Shown: positions 1-12,100 of the stretch, piece by piece
Layout: each line of letters opens with the position of its first letter
Position numbering within the stretch: the stretch's first letter is position 1
From: Eimeria praecox
Lineage: Eukaryota
Assembly: GCA_963920595.1 (NCBI GenBank)
Contig: OY986947.1
Span: forward strand, 6,448,001 to 6,512,000
Direction of reading: 5' to 3'
DNA: 64,000 bases
Position numbers and translations under genes: made by a program
The notes under the pieces: generated by a model
Told to the model about the DNA's origin: nothing
Databases searched by the model: none
What the model saw: the letters and a program-made list of their open reading frames with translations, nothing else

Positions 1-145
1 GATATCGATACCGTAGGGCCCGAGTGCTAGTTTCATTGTTGAGGGTTCCGGTTTGCACCTGTGTGGGTTTTGTGGCAGGTGGATTGTGTGGAGGGGTAGC
101 TGCTGCAGAGAGCATATATGGATGTTCCATGCTGCCGCGGAACAG

Positions 146-148
146 AAA
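146..148 (+). CDS. Putative microexon 1 of unit 1 (AAA, Lys)
   Basis: ggaacag|AAA|gtatgg; the donor is gtatgc in some later units. Confidence 0.55.
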
Positions 149-3100
149 GTATGGAGAGGGTTGTTGGCTTGCGATGGAACGGAGCGGTGTGTGTGACTGG
201 GTGGCAAGAATCAGTATTTTGTTTAGGCAGGGGGTGGTCAAATGAAGTGACTTAATTGTGGATGAGAGGGCGGGGGGGGTGAGGGGGAGGATTGGGACGT
301 TGGTGGCGCATTTGGCAGCATTGGCTTGTTTCTTTAGTGTGGGGTATGGAGGTGTGAGCAAGGCGTGGGAGAAGGGGAGCATGGTGGTTCAATGCACCAG
401 GAAGTATGTTTGGTTTTTCGTCTTCGTAGGAATTGGTAGGTGGGGTGGTCAGGTATTTGAGTAGCGGGGCTTGAAGGAGGCGTGTTGCGGAGCACAATGT
501 GTGTGTCTAATCAAGGGCTGCACCTGGTACCACCGAAAAAATGTTAGCTGGTGTTTTGTCGCTGAATTGTGTTATATGATTGAGGCCCAGGAGAGGGTTT
601 ATTTGTGTGGCTTATGGAGGGGAGAGCTCGTACACTGTAGTCGTGAATGCGTTTAACATACCAGGAGGTACGGTCGACCTGCATTTGGCAAAAGAAGGAG
701 TCGGGCGTTGACGCGGTGTAGACATTAGTGCATTTTACAGTTGGTTTGCAGGATTGCTGAAGTGTGGTTTGTGTGTGAGTGCAGTGAGCGTCAGGGATGA
801 TGCGTGTGAGATGGAGGGTACATGTCGTGCAATGTAGTCGTGAATGGGCTTCACTTATCAGGAAGTGCGTAGGAGGTGGCGTGGCGAATGGTTGGAGGGC
901 CTTGGTGGGCATTATAGGGTAGTGGTGTTTCCATTTAGGTTGCAAGGGCGGTGAAGGGTAGTTTGAATGGCAAAGGCGCCAGAGTGGCAATATTTTGAGG
1001 ATGCGTTTTGGGGTGGGATCTGCATAGCGTCGGGATTGGATACCAGGACATTTGATGAGTGCTTGTGCTGCATGGGGTAGCGTTGGTGGGTCTGCGGCGG
1101 CGCTTTAGCGTAGGTGACCTGAGTAGGAAGCGCCTGACAGTAGCCTCCAGCGTGTTTGCGTGTGTGTGTGTGGAGTATTCACTATTCACCAGGAGGTACG
1201 GTTTATATTGGGGTATAGCCCAAGCACGTGTTTATAAGGGATAGTGGGCAGTTTGGGTTTTTGGGTGCGCATGGAGTGGGCTGTGGCGCCACCCTAGGGC
1301 TGTCCGCTTCGCAAGATGAGATTCCATTGTGTTGGGGATAAGCGTGCAGTTGGAGTGCGATGCAGGTTGCATTGTTGCAGCCCGAGAGGGAGGCGTGAGT
1401 TGCAATTGAACAGGCTTGTGTGCATCAGAAAGTGCGTTTGTCCCTTAGATTGGGGAGGATGCGTGGTGTGCTTATCGGCATTTGGGATGCTGGGCGTTTC
1501 GCAGGGATTAGTTTGTCAGGGACTTTGTTGGGGTTGAGCGCTGTGAACAAGTAAAGCGACGGCGAGGGCTTGGTTGCTGGTTAGCTTCGTGGGCATTTGT
1601 GTGAGCCATTGGATTGGGGTGGTTTGTTGCCTATGGACCTGTTTCAGAGAGTAAGGATTCTTGGGTGGGTGGAGTGTGGCAGGTGGACGAGAATGTTCCT
1701 TGCGTTGTGTGCAAGGCGGGTCTGGATCTATGGTAGGGTAAGCATGGCCTGTTGAGGATGTTGACGGACGGCGTCTAGGAGGTGTTGGGCGCATGCGTTT
1801 CTATACAGCTGGCATGCAGCACACTTTTGGCTGGTTCCGGATGTAATGTTATGCATTAGGGGAGGGATGCGGAGCACTCGAGAAGCAGTGTTCGTTTGTT
1901 CACTCGAGCTCGTGTTGAATCATGATGGGCATGCAGGGTAGCTCGCCACCATGTCAATGCGTCAGAAAGTAGGCGTCGTGGCCAGCTTGCGCCCATATGC
2001 ACTGCTGTATAAGTCAGCAGATATGGTCGAAACTTGTTTCGTGTTTTCGGGAATGAGTATGAATGCGTTATAAGGTGGAAAAGGAGGTGAAGCGTCAGGA
2101 GCAAGATATCGATACCGTAGGGCCCGAGTGCTAGTTTCATTGTTGAGGGTTCCGGTTTGCACCTGTGTGGGTTTTGTGGCAGGTGGATTGTGTGGAGGGG
2201 TAGCTGCTGCAGAGAGCATATATGGATGTTCCATGCTGCCGCGGAACAGAAAGTATGGAGAGGGTTGTTGGCTTGCGATGGAACGGAGCGGTGTGTGTGA
2301 CTGGGTGGCAAGAATCAGTATTTTGTTTAGGCAGGGGGTGGTCAAATGAAGTGACTTAATTGTGGATGAGAGGGCGGGGGGGGTGAGGGGGAGGATTGGG
2401 ACGTTGGTGGCGCATTTGGCAGCATTGGCTTGTTTCTTTAGTGTGGGGTATGGAGGTGTGAGCAAGGCGTGGGAGAAGGGGAGCATGGTGGTTCAATGCA
2501 CCAGGAAGTATGTTTGGTTTTTCGTCTTCGTAGGAATTGGTAGGTGGGGTGGTCAGGTATTTGAGTAGCGGGGCTTGAAGGAGGCGTGTTGCGGAGCACA
2601 ATGTGTGTGTCTAATCAAGGGCTGCACCTGGTACCACCGAAAAAATGTTAGCTGGTGTTTTGTCGCTGAATTGTGTTATATGATTGAGGCCCAGGAGAGG
2701 GTTTATTTGTGTGGCTTATGGAGGGGAGAGCTCGTACACTGTAGTCGTGAATGCGTTTAACATACCAGGAGGTACGGTCGACCTGCATTTGGCAAAAGAA
2801 GGAGTCGGGCGTTGACGCGGTGTAGACATTAGTGCATTTTACAGTTGGTTTGCAGGATTGCTGAAGTGTGGTTTGTGTGTGAGTGCAGTGAGCGTCAGGG
2901 ATGATGCGTGTGAGATGGAGGGTACATGTCGTGCAATGTAGTCGTGAATGGGCTTCACTTATCAGGAAGTGCGTAGGAGGTGGCGTGGCGAATGGTTGGA
3001 GGGCCTTGGTGGGCATTATAGGGTAGTGGTGTTTCCATTTAGGTTGCAAGGGCGGTGAAGGGTAGTTTGAATGGCAAAGGCGCCAGAGTGGCAATATTTT

Positions 3101-6100
3101 GAGGATGCGTTTTGGGGTGGGATCTGCATAGCGTCGGGAGTGGATTCCAGGACATTTGATGAGTGCTTGTGCTGCATGGGGTAGCGTTGGTGGGTCTGCG
3201 GCGGCGCTTTAGCGTAGGTGACCTGAGTAGGAAGCGCCTGACAGTAGCCTCCAGCGTGTTTGCGTGTGTGTGTGTGGAGTATTCACTATTCACCAGGAGG
3301 TACGGTTTATATTGGGGTATAGCCCAAGCACGTGTTTATAAGGGATAGTGGGCAGTTTGGGTTTTTGGGTGCGCATGGAGTGGGCTGTGGCGCCACCCTA
3401 GGGCTGTCCGCTTCGCAAGATGAGATTCCATTGTGTTGGGGATAAGCGTGCAGTTGGAGTGCGATGCAGGTTGCATTGTTGCAGCCCGAGAGGGAGGCGT
3501 GAGTTGCAATTGAACAGGCTTGTGTGCATCAGAAAGTGCGTTTGTCCCTTGGATTGGGGAGGATGCGTGGTGTGCTTATCGGCATTTGGGATGTTGGCGT
3601 TTCGCAGGGATTAGTTTGTCAGGGACTGTGTTGGGGTTGAGCGCTGTGAACAAGTAAAGCGACGGCGAGGGCTTGGTTGCTGCTTAGCTTCGTGGGCATT
3701 TGTGTGAGCCATTGGATTGGGGTGGTTTGTTGCCTATGGACCTGTTTCAGAGAGTAAGGATTCTTGGGTGGGTGGAGTGTGGCAGGTGGACGAGAATGTT
3801 CCTTGCGTTGTGTGCAAGGCGGGTCTGGATCTATGGTAGGGTAAGCATGGCCTGTTGAGGATGTTGACGGACGGCGTCTAGGAGGTGTAGGGCGCATGCG
3901 TTTCTATACAGCTGGCATGCAGCACACGTTTGGCTGGTTCCGGATGTAATGTTATGCATTAGGGGAGGGATGCGGAGCACTCGAGAAGCAGTGTTCGTTT
4001 GTTCACTCGAGCTCGTGTTGAATCATGATGGGCATGCAGGGTAGCTCGCCACCATGTCAATGCGTCAGAAAGTAGGCGTCGTGGCCAGCTTGCGCCCATA
4101 TGCACTGCTGTATAAGTCAGCAGATATGGTCGAAACTTGTTTCGTGTTTTCGGGAATGAGTATGAATGCGTTATAAGGTGGAAAAGGAGGTGAAGCGTCA
4201 GGAGCAAGATATCGATACCGTAGGGCCCGAGTGCTAGTTTCATTGTTGAGGGTTCCGGTTTGCACCTGTGTGGGTTTTGTGGCAGGTGGATTGTGTGGAG
4301 GGGTAGCTGCTGCAGAGAGCATATATGGATGTTCCATGCCGCCGCGGAACAGAAAGTATGGAGAGGGTTGTGGGCATGCGATGGAACGGAGCGGTGTGTG
4401 TGACTGGGTGGCAAGAATCAGTATTTTGTTTATGCAGGGGGTGGTCAAATGAAGTGACTTAATTGTGGATGAGAGGGCGGGCGGGGTGGGGGGGAGGATT
4501 GGGACGTTGGTGGCGCATTTGGCAGCATTGGCTTGTTTCTTTAGTGTGGGGTATGGAGGTGTGAGCAAGGCGTGGGAGAAGGGGAGCATGGTGGTTCAAT
4601 GCACCAGGAAGTATGTTTGGTTTTTCGTCTTCGTAGGAATTGGTAGGTGGGGTGGTCAGGTATTTGAGTAGCGGGGCTTGAAGGAGGCGTGTTGCGGAGC
4701 ACAATGTGTGTGTCTAATCAAGGGCTGCACCTGGTACCACCGAAAAAATGTTAGCTAGTGTTTTGTCGCTGAATTGTGTTATATGATTGAGGCCCAGGAG
4801 AGGGTTTATTTGTGTGGCTTATGGAGGGGAGAGCTCGTACACTGTAGTCGTGAATGCGTTTAACATACCAGGAGGTACGGTCGACCTGCATTTGGCAAAA
4901 GAAGGAGTCGGGCGTTGACGCGGTGTAGACATTAGTGCATTTTACAGTTGGTTTGCAGGATTGCTGAAGTGTGGTTTGTGTGTGAGTGCAGTGAGCGTCA
5001 GGGATGATGCGTGTGAGATGGAGGGTACATGTCGTGCAATGTAGTCGTGAATGGGCTTCACTTATCAGGAAGTGCGTAGGAGGTGGCGTGGCGAATGGTT
5101 GGAGGGCCTTGGTGGGCATTATAGGGTAGTGGTGTTTCCATTTAGGTTGCAAGGGCGGTGAAGGGTAGTTTGAATGGCAAAGGCGCCAGAGTGGCAATAT
5201 TTTGAGGATGCGTTTTGGGGTGGGATCTGCATAGCGTCGGGAGTGGATTCCAGGACATTTGATGAGTGCTTGTGCTGCATGGGGTAGCGTTGGTGGGTCT
5301 GCGGCGGCGCTTTAGCGTAGGTGACCTGAGTAGGAAGCGCCTGACAGTAGCCTCCAGCGTGTTTGCGTGTGTGTGTGTGGAGTATTCACTATTCACCAGG
5401 AGGTACGGTTTATATTGGGGTGTAGCCCAAGCACGTGTTTATAAGGGATAGTGGGCAGTTTGGGTTTTTGGGTGCGCATGGAGTGGGCTGTGGCGCCACC
5501 CTAGGGCTGTCCGCTTCGCAAGATGAGATTCCATTGTGTTGGGGATAAGCGTGCAGTTGGAGTGCGATGCAGGTTGCATTGTTGCAGCCCGAGAGGGAGG
5601 CGTGAGTTGCAATTGAACAGGCTTGTGTGCATCAGAAAGTGCGTTTGTCCCTTGGATTGGGGAGGATGCGTGGTGTGCTTATCGGCATTTGGGATGTTGG
5701 CGTTTCGCAGGGATTAGTTTGTCAGGGACTGTGTTGGGGTTGAGCGCTGTGAACAAGTAAAGCGACGGCGAGGGCTTGGTTGCTGGTTAGCTTCGTGGGC
5801 ATTTGTGTGAGCCATTGGATTGGGGTGGTTTGTTGCCTATGGACCTGTTTCAGAAAGTAAGGATTCTTGGGTGGGTGGAGTGTGGCAGGTGGACGAGAAT
5901 GTTCCTTGCGTTGTGTGCAAGGCAGGTCTGGATCTATGGTAGGGTAAGCATGGCCTGTTGAGGATGTTGACGGACGGCGACTAGGAGGTGTTGGGCGCAT
6001 GCGTTTCTATACAGCTGGCATGCAGCACACTTTTGGCTGGTTCCGGATGTAATGTTATGCATTAGGGGAGGGATGCGGAGCACTCGAGAAGCAGTGTTCG

Positions 6101-9100
6101 TTTGTTCACTCGCGCTCGTGTTGAATCATGATGGGCATGCAGGGTAGCTCGCCACCATGTCAATGCGTCAGAAAGTAGGCGTCGTGGCCAGCTTGCGCCC
6201 ATATGCACTGCTGTGTAAGCCAGCAGATATGGTCGAAACTTGTTTGGTGTTTTCGGGAATGAGTATGAATGCGTTATAAGGTGGAAAAGGAGGTGAAGCG
6301 TCAGGAGCAAGATATCGATACCGTAGGGCCCGAGTGGTAGTTTCATTGTTGAGGGTTCCGGTTTGCACCTGTGTGGGTTTTGTGGCAGGTGGATTGTGTG
6401 GAGGGGTAGCTGCTGCAGAGAGCATATATGGATGTTCCATGCCGCCGCGGAACAGAAAGTATGGAGAGGGTTGTGGGCATGCGATGGAACGGAGCGGTGT
6501 GTGTGACTGGGTGGCGAGAATCAGTATTTTGTTTATGCAGGGGGTGGTCAAATGAAGTGACTTAATTGTGGATGAGAGGGCGGGCGGGGTGGGGGGGAGG
6601 ATTGGGACGTTGGTGGCGCATTTGGCAGCATTGGCTTGTTTCTTTAGTGTGGGGTATGGAGGTGTGAGGAAGGCGTGGGAGAAGGGGAGCATGGTGGTTC
6701 AATGCACCAGGAAGTATGTTTGGTTTTTCGTCTTCGTAGGAATTGGTAGGTGGGGTGGTCAGGTATTTGAGTAGCGGGGCTTGAAGGAGGCGTGTTGCGG
6801 AGCACAATGTGTGTGTCTAATCAAGGGCTGCACCTGGTACCACCGAAAAAATGTTAGCTAGTGTTTTGTCGCTGAATTGTGTTATATGATTGAGGCCCAG
6901 GAGAGGGTTTATTTGTGTGGCTTATGGAGGGGAGAGCTCGTACACTGTAGTCGTGAATGCGTTTAACATACCAGGAGGTACGGTCGACCTGCATTTGGCA
7001 AAAGAAGGAGTCGGGCGTTGACGCGGTGTAGACATTAGTGCATTTTACAGTTGGTTTGCAGGATTGCTGAAGTGTGGTTTGTGTGTGAGTGCAGTGAGCG
7101 TCAGGGATGATGCGTGTGAGATGGAGGGTACATGTCGTGCAATGTAGTCGTGAATGGGCTTCACTTATCAGGAAGTGCGTAGGAGGTGGCGTGGCGAATG
7201 GTTGGAGGGCCTTGGTGGGCATTATAGGGTAGTGGTGTTTCCATTTAGGTTGCAAGGGCGGTGAAGGGTAGTTTGAATGGCAAAGGCGCCAGAGTGGCAA
7301 TATTTTGAGGATGCGTTTTGGGGTGGGATCTGCATAGCGTCGGGATTGGATACCAGGACATTTGATGAGTGCTTGTGCTGCATGGGGTAGCGTTGGTGGG
7401 TCTGCGGCGGCGCTTTAGCGTAGGTGACCTGAGTAGGAAGCGCCTGACAGTAGCCTCCAGCGTGTTTGCGTGTGTGTGTGTGGAGTATTCACTATTCACC
7501 AGGAGGTACGGTTTATATTGGGGTATAGCCCAAGCACGTGTTTATAAGGGATAGTGGGCAGTTTGGGTTTTTGGGTGCGCATGGAGTGGGCTGTGGCGCC
7601 ACCCTAGGGCTGTCCGCTTCGCAAGATGAGATTCCATTGTGTTGGGGATAAGCGTGCAGTTGGAGTGCGATGCAGGTTGCATTGTTGCAGCCCGAGAGGG
7701 AGGCGTGAGTTGCAATTGAACAGGCTTGTGTGCATCAGAAAGTGCGTTTGTCCCTTAGATTGGGGAGGATGCGTGGTGTGCTTATCGGCATTTGGGATGC
7801 TGGGCGTTTCGCAGGGATTAGTTTGTCAGGGACTTTGTTGGGGTTGAGCGCTGTGAACAAGTAAAGCGACGGCGAGGGCTTGGTTGCTGGTTAGCTTCGT
7901 GGGCATTTGTGTGAGCCATTGGATTGGGGTGGTTTGTTGCCTATGGACCTGTTTCAGAGAGTAAGGATTCTTGGGTGGGTGGAGTGTGGCAGGTGGACGA
8001 GAATGTTCCTTGCGTTGTGTGCAAGGCGGGTCTGGATCTATGGTAGGGTAAGCATGGCCTGTTGAGGATGTTGACGGACGGCGTCTAGGAGGTGTTGGGC
8101 GCATGCGTTTCTATACAGCTGGCATGCAGCACACTTTTGGCTGGTTCCGGATGTAATGTTATGCATTAGGGGAGGGATGCGGAGCACTCGAGAAGCAGTG
8201 TTCGTTTGTTCACTCTAGCTCGTGTTGAATCATGATGGGCATGCAGGGTAGCTCGCCACCATGTCAATGCGTCAGAAAGTAGGCGTCGTGGCCAGCTTGC
8301 GCCCATATGCACTGCTGTGTAAGCCAGCAGATATGGTCCAAACTTGTTTCGTGTTTTCGGGAATGAGTATGAATGCGTTATAAGGTGGAAAAGGAGGTGA
8401 AGCGTCAGGAGCAAGATATCGATACCGTAGGGCCCGAGTGGTAGTTTCATTGTTGAGGGTTCCGGTTTGCACCTGTGTGGGTTTTGTGGCAGGTGGATTG
8501 TGTGGAGGGGTAGCTGCTGCAGAGAGCATATATGGATGTTCCATGCCGCCGCGGAACAGAAAGTATGGAGAGGGTTGTTGGCTTGCGATGGAACGGAGCG
8601 GTGTGTGTGACTGGGTGGCAAGAATCAGTATTTTGTTTAGGCAGGGGGTGGTCAAATGAAGTGACTTAATTGTGGATGAGAGGGCGGGGGGGGGTGGGGG
8701 GGAGGATTGGGACGTTGGTGGCGCATTTGGCAGCATTGGCTTGTTTCTTTAGTGTGGGGTATGGAGGTGTGAGGAAGGCGTGGGAGAAGGGGAGCATGGT
8801 GGTTCAATGCACCAGGAAGTATGTTTGGTTTTTCGTCTTCGTAGGAATTGGTAGGTGGGGTGGTCAGGTATTTGAGTAGCGGGGCTTGAAGGAGGCGTGT
8901 TGCGGAGCACAATGTGTGTGTCTAATCAAGGGCTGCACCTGGTACCACCGAAAAAATGTTAGCTAGTGTTTTGTCGCTGAATTGTGTTATATGATTGAGG
9001 CCCAGGAGAGGGTTTATTTGTGTGGCTTATGGAGGGGAGAGCTCGTACACTGTAGTCGTGAATGCGTTTAACATACCAGGAGGTACGGTCGACCTGCATT

Positions 9101-12100
9101 TGGCAAAAGAAGGAGTCGGGCGTTGACGCGGTGTAGACATTAGTGCATTTTACAGTTGGTTTGCAGGATTGCTGAAGTGTGGTTTGTGTGTGAGTGCAGT
9201 GAGCGTCAGGGATGATGCGTGTGAGATGGAGGGTACATGTCGTGCAATGTAGTCGTGAATGGGCTTCACTTATCAGGAAGTGCGTAGGAGGTGGCGTGGC
9301 GAATGGTTGGAGGGCCTTGGTGGGCATTATAGGGTAGTGGTGTTTCCATTTAGGTTGCAAGGGCGGTGAAGGGTAGTTTGAATGGCAAAGGCGCCAGAGT
9401 GGCAATATTTTGAGGATGCGTTTTGGGGTGGGATCTGCATAGCGTCGGGATTGGATACCAGGACATTTGATGAGTGCTTGTGCTGCATGGGGTAGCGTTG
9501 GTGGGTCTGCGGCGGCGCTTTAGCGTAGGTGACCTGAGTAGGAAGCGCCTGACAGTAGCCTCCAGCGTGTTTGCGTGTGTGTGTGTGGAGTATTCACTAT
9601 TCACCAGGAGGTACGGTTTATATTGGGGTATAGCCCAAGCACGTGTTTATAAGGGATAGTGGGCAGTTTGGGTTTTTGGGTGCGCATGGAGTGGGCTGTG
9701 GCGCCACCCTAGGGCTGTCCGCTTCGCAAGATGAGATTCCATTGTGTTGGGGATAAGCGTGCAGTTGGAGTGCGATGCAGGTTGCATTGTTGCAGCCCGA
9801 GAGGGAGGCGTGAGTTGCAATTGAACAGGCTTGTGTGCATCAGAAAGTGCGTTTGTCCCTTAGATTGGGGAGGATGCGTGGTGTGCTTATCGGCATTTGG
9901 GATGCTGGGCGTTTCGCAGGGATTAGTTTGTCAGGGACTTTGTTGGGGTTGAGCGCTGTGAACAAGTAAAGCGACGGCGAGGGCTTGGTTGCTGGTTAGC
10001 TTCGTGGGCATTTGTGTGAGCCATTGGATTGGGGTGGTTTGTTGCCTATGGACCTGTTTCAGAGAGTAAGGATTCTTGGGTGGGTGGAGTGTGGCAGGTG
10101 GACGAGAATGTTCCTTGCGTTGTGTGCAAGGCGGGTCTGGATCTATGGTAGGGTAAGCATGGCCTGTTGAGGATGTTGACGGACGGCGTCTAGGAGGTGT
10201 TGGGCGCATGCGTTTCTATACAGCTGGCATGCAGCACACTTTTGGCTGGTTCCGGATGTAATGTTATGCATTAGGGGAGGGATGCGGAGCACTCGAGAAG
10301 CAGTGTTCGTTTGTTCACTCGCGCTCGTGTTGAATCATGATGGGCATGCAGGGTAGCTCGCCACCATGTCAATGCGTCAGAAAGTAGGCGTCGTGGCCAG
10401 CTTGCGCCCATATGCACTGCTGTGTAAGCCAGCAGATATGGTCCAAACTTGTTTCGTGTTTTCGGGAATGAGTATGAATGCGTTATAAGGTGGAAAAGGA
10501 GGTGAAGCGTCAGGAGCAAGATATCGATACCGTAGGGCCCGAGTGGTAGTTTCATTGTTGAGGGTTCCGGTTTGCACCTGTGTGGGTTTTGTGGCAGGTG
10601 GATTGTGTGGAGGGGTAGCTGCTGCAGAGAGCATATATGGATGTTCCATGCCGCCGCGGAACAGAAAGTATGGAGAGGGTTGTTGGCTTGCGATGGAACG
10701 GAGCGGTGTGTGTGACTGGGTGGCAAGAATCAGTATTTTGTTTAGGCAGGGGGTGGTCAAATGAAGTGACTTAATTGTGGATGAGAGGGCGGGGGGGGGT
10801 GGGGGGGAGGATTGGGACGTTGGTGGCGCATTTGGCAGCATTGGCTTGTTTCTTTAGTGTGGGGTATGGAGGTGTGAGGAAGGCGTGGGAGAAGGGGAGC
10901 ATGGTGGTTCAATGCACCAGGAAGTATGTTTGGTTTTTCGTCTTCGTAGGAATTGGTAGGTGGGGTGGTCAGGTATTTGAGTAGCGGGGCTTGAAGGAGG
11001 CGTGTTGCGGAGCACAATGTGTGTGTCTAATCAAGGGCTGCACCTGGTACCACCGAAAAAGTGTTAGCTGGTGTTTTGTCGCTGAATTGTGTTATATGAT
11101 TGAGGCCCAGGAGAGGGTTTATTTGTGTGGCTTATGGAGGGGAGAGCTCGTACACTGTAGTCGTGAATGCGTTTAACATACCAGGAGGTACGGTCGACCT
11201 GCATTTGGCAAAAGAAGGAGTCGGGCGTTGACGCGGTGTAGACATTAGTGCATTTTACAGTTGGTTTGCAGGATTGCTGAAGTGTGGTTTGTGTGTGAGT
11301 GCAGTGAGCGTCAGGGATGATGCGTGTGAGATGGAGGGTACATGTCGTGCAATGTAGTCGTGAATGGGCTTCACTTATCAGGAAGTGCGTAGGAGGTGGC
11401 GTGGCGAATGGTTGGAGGGCCTTGGTGGGCATTATAGGGTAGTGGTGTTTCCATTTAGGTTGCAAGGGCGGTGAAGGGTAGTTTGAATGGCAAAGGCGCC
11501 AGAGTGGCAATATTTTGAGGATGCGTTTTGGGGTGGGATCTGCATAGCGTCGGGATTGGATTCCAGGACATTTGATGAGTGCTTGTGCTGCATGGGGTAG
11601 CGTTGGTGGGTCTGCGGCGGCGCTTTAGCGTAGGTGACTTGAGTAGGAAGCGCCTGACAGTAGCCTCCAGCGTGTTTGCGTGTGTGTGTGTGGAGTATTC
11701 ACTATTCACCAGGAGGTACGGTTTATATTGGGGTATAGCCCAAGCACGTGTTTATAAGGGATAGTGGGCAGTTTGGGTTTTTGGGTGCGCATGGAGTGGG
11801 CTGTGGCGCCACCCTAGGGCTGTCCGCTTCGCAAGATGAGATTCCATTGTGTTGGGGATAAGCGTGCAGTTGGAGTGCGATGCAGGTTGCATTGTTGCAG
11901 CCCGAGAGGGAGGCGTGAGTTGCAATTGAACAGGCTTGTGTGCATCAGAAAGTGCGTTTGTCCCTTGGATTGGGGAGGATGCGTGGTGTGCTTATCGGCA
12001 TTTGGGATGTTGGCGTTTCGCAGGGATTAGTTTGTCAGGGACTGTGTTGGGGTTGAGCGCTGTGAACAAGTAAAGCGACGGCGAGGGCTTGGCTGCTGGT

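Larger units (their letters stand above)
614..870 (+). repeat. Degenerate internal duplication within the unit (614-673 vs 811-870, offset 197)
   Basis: atggaggg at 614 and 811, tgtagtcgtgaatg at 636 and 833, and cagga(g/a)gt at 662 and 859, all at offset 197. Confidence 0.85.

Noticed and set aside
398..866. CAGGAAGT as ETS-family binding sites or a satellite protein-binding box
   Set aside because: Only 2 of 8 sites have the GGAA core. The invariant parts are CAG and GTRNG, which fit splice signals better. A DNA-binding role is not formally excluded.
1378..1400. Possible 14-nt exon ttgcag|CCCGAGAGGGAGGC|gtgagt
   Set aside because: Not a multiple of 3, the donor is altered in many units (gtgatt; atgagt in unit 26), and the gap to the next acceptor is only ~34 nt.
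76..1686. CAG|GT zero-length (recursive splicing) sites at ~76, 450, 1363 and 1680
   Set aside because: Weak donor context and expected by chance in G-rich sequence. The 450 site is lost in unit 26 and the 1680 site in units 21, 22 and 25.
228..2092. Additional AG-NNN-GT candidates: cag GGG gtggtc (228), cag TTG gtttgc (738), tag GAG gtggcg (870), cag CGT gtttgc (1148), tag GAG gtgttg (1776), aag GAG gtgaag (2081)
   Set aside because: Their donors lack +3 R and/or +5 G, and some are altered by polymorphism or overlap another donor. They cannot be fully excluded without cDNA; inclusion would alter the E4K4 pattern.
1..2104. 5S rDNA, spliced-leader, snRNA, tRNA or histone tandem unit, suggested by the ~2.1-kb period
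   Set aside because: I could not recognise 5S, tRNA, U snRNA, spliced-leader or histone sequence on either strand. An Rfam/Infernal scan of one unit would settle it.
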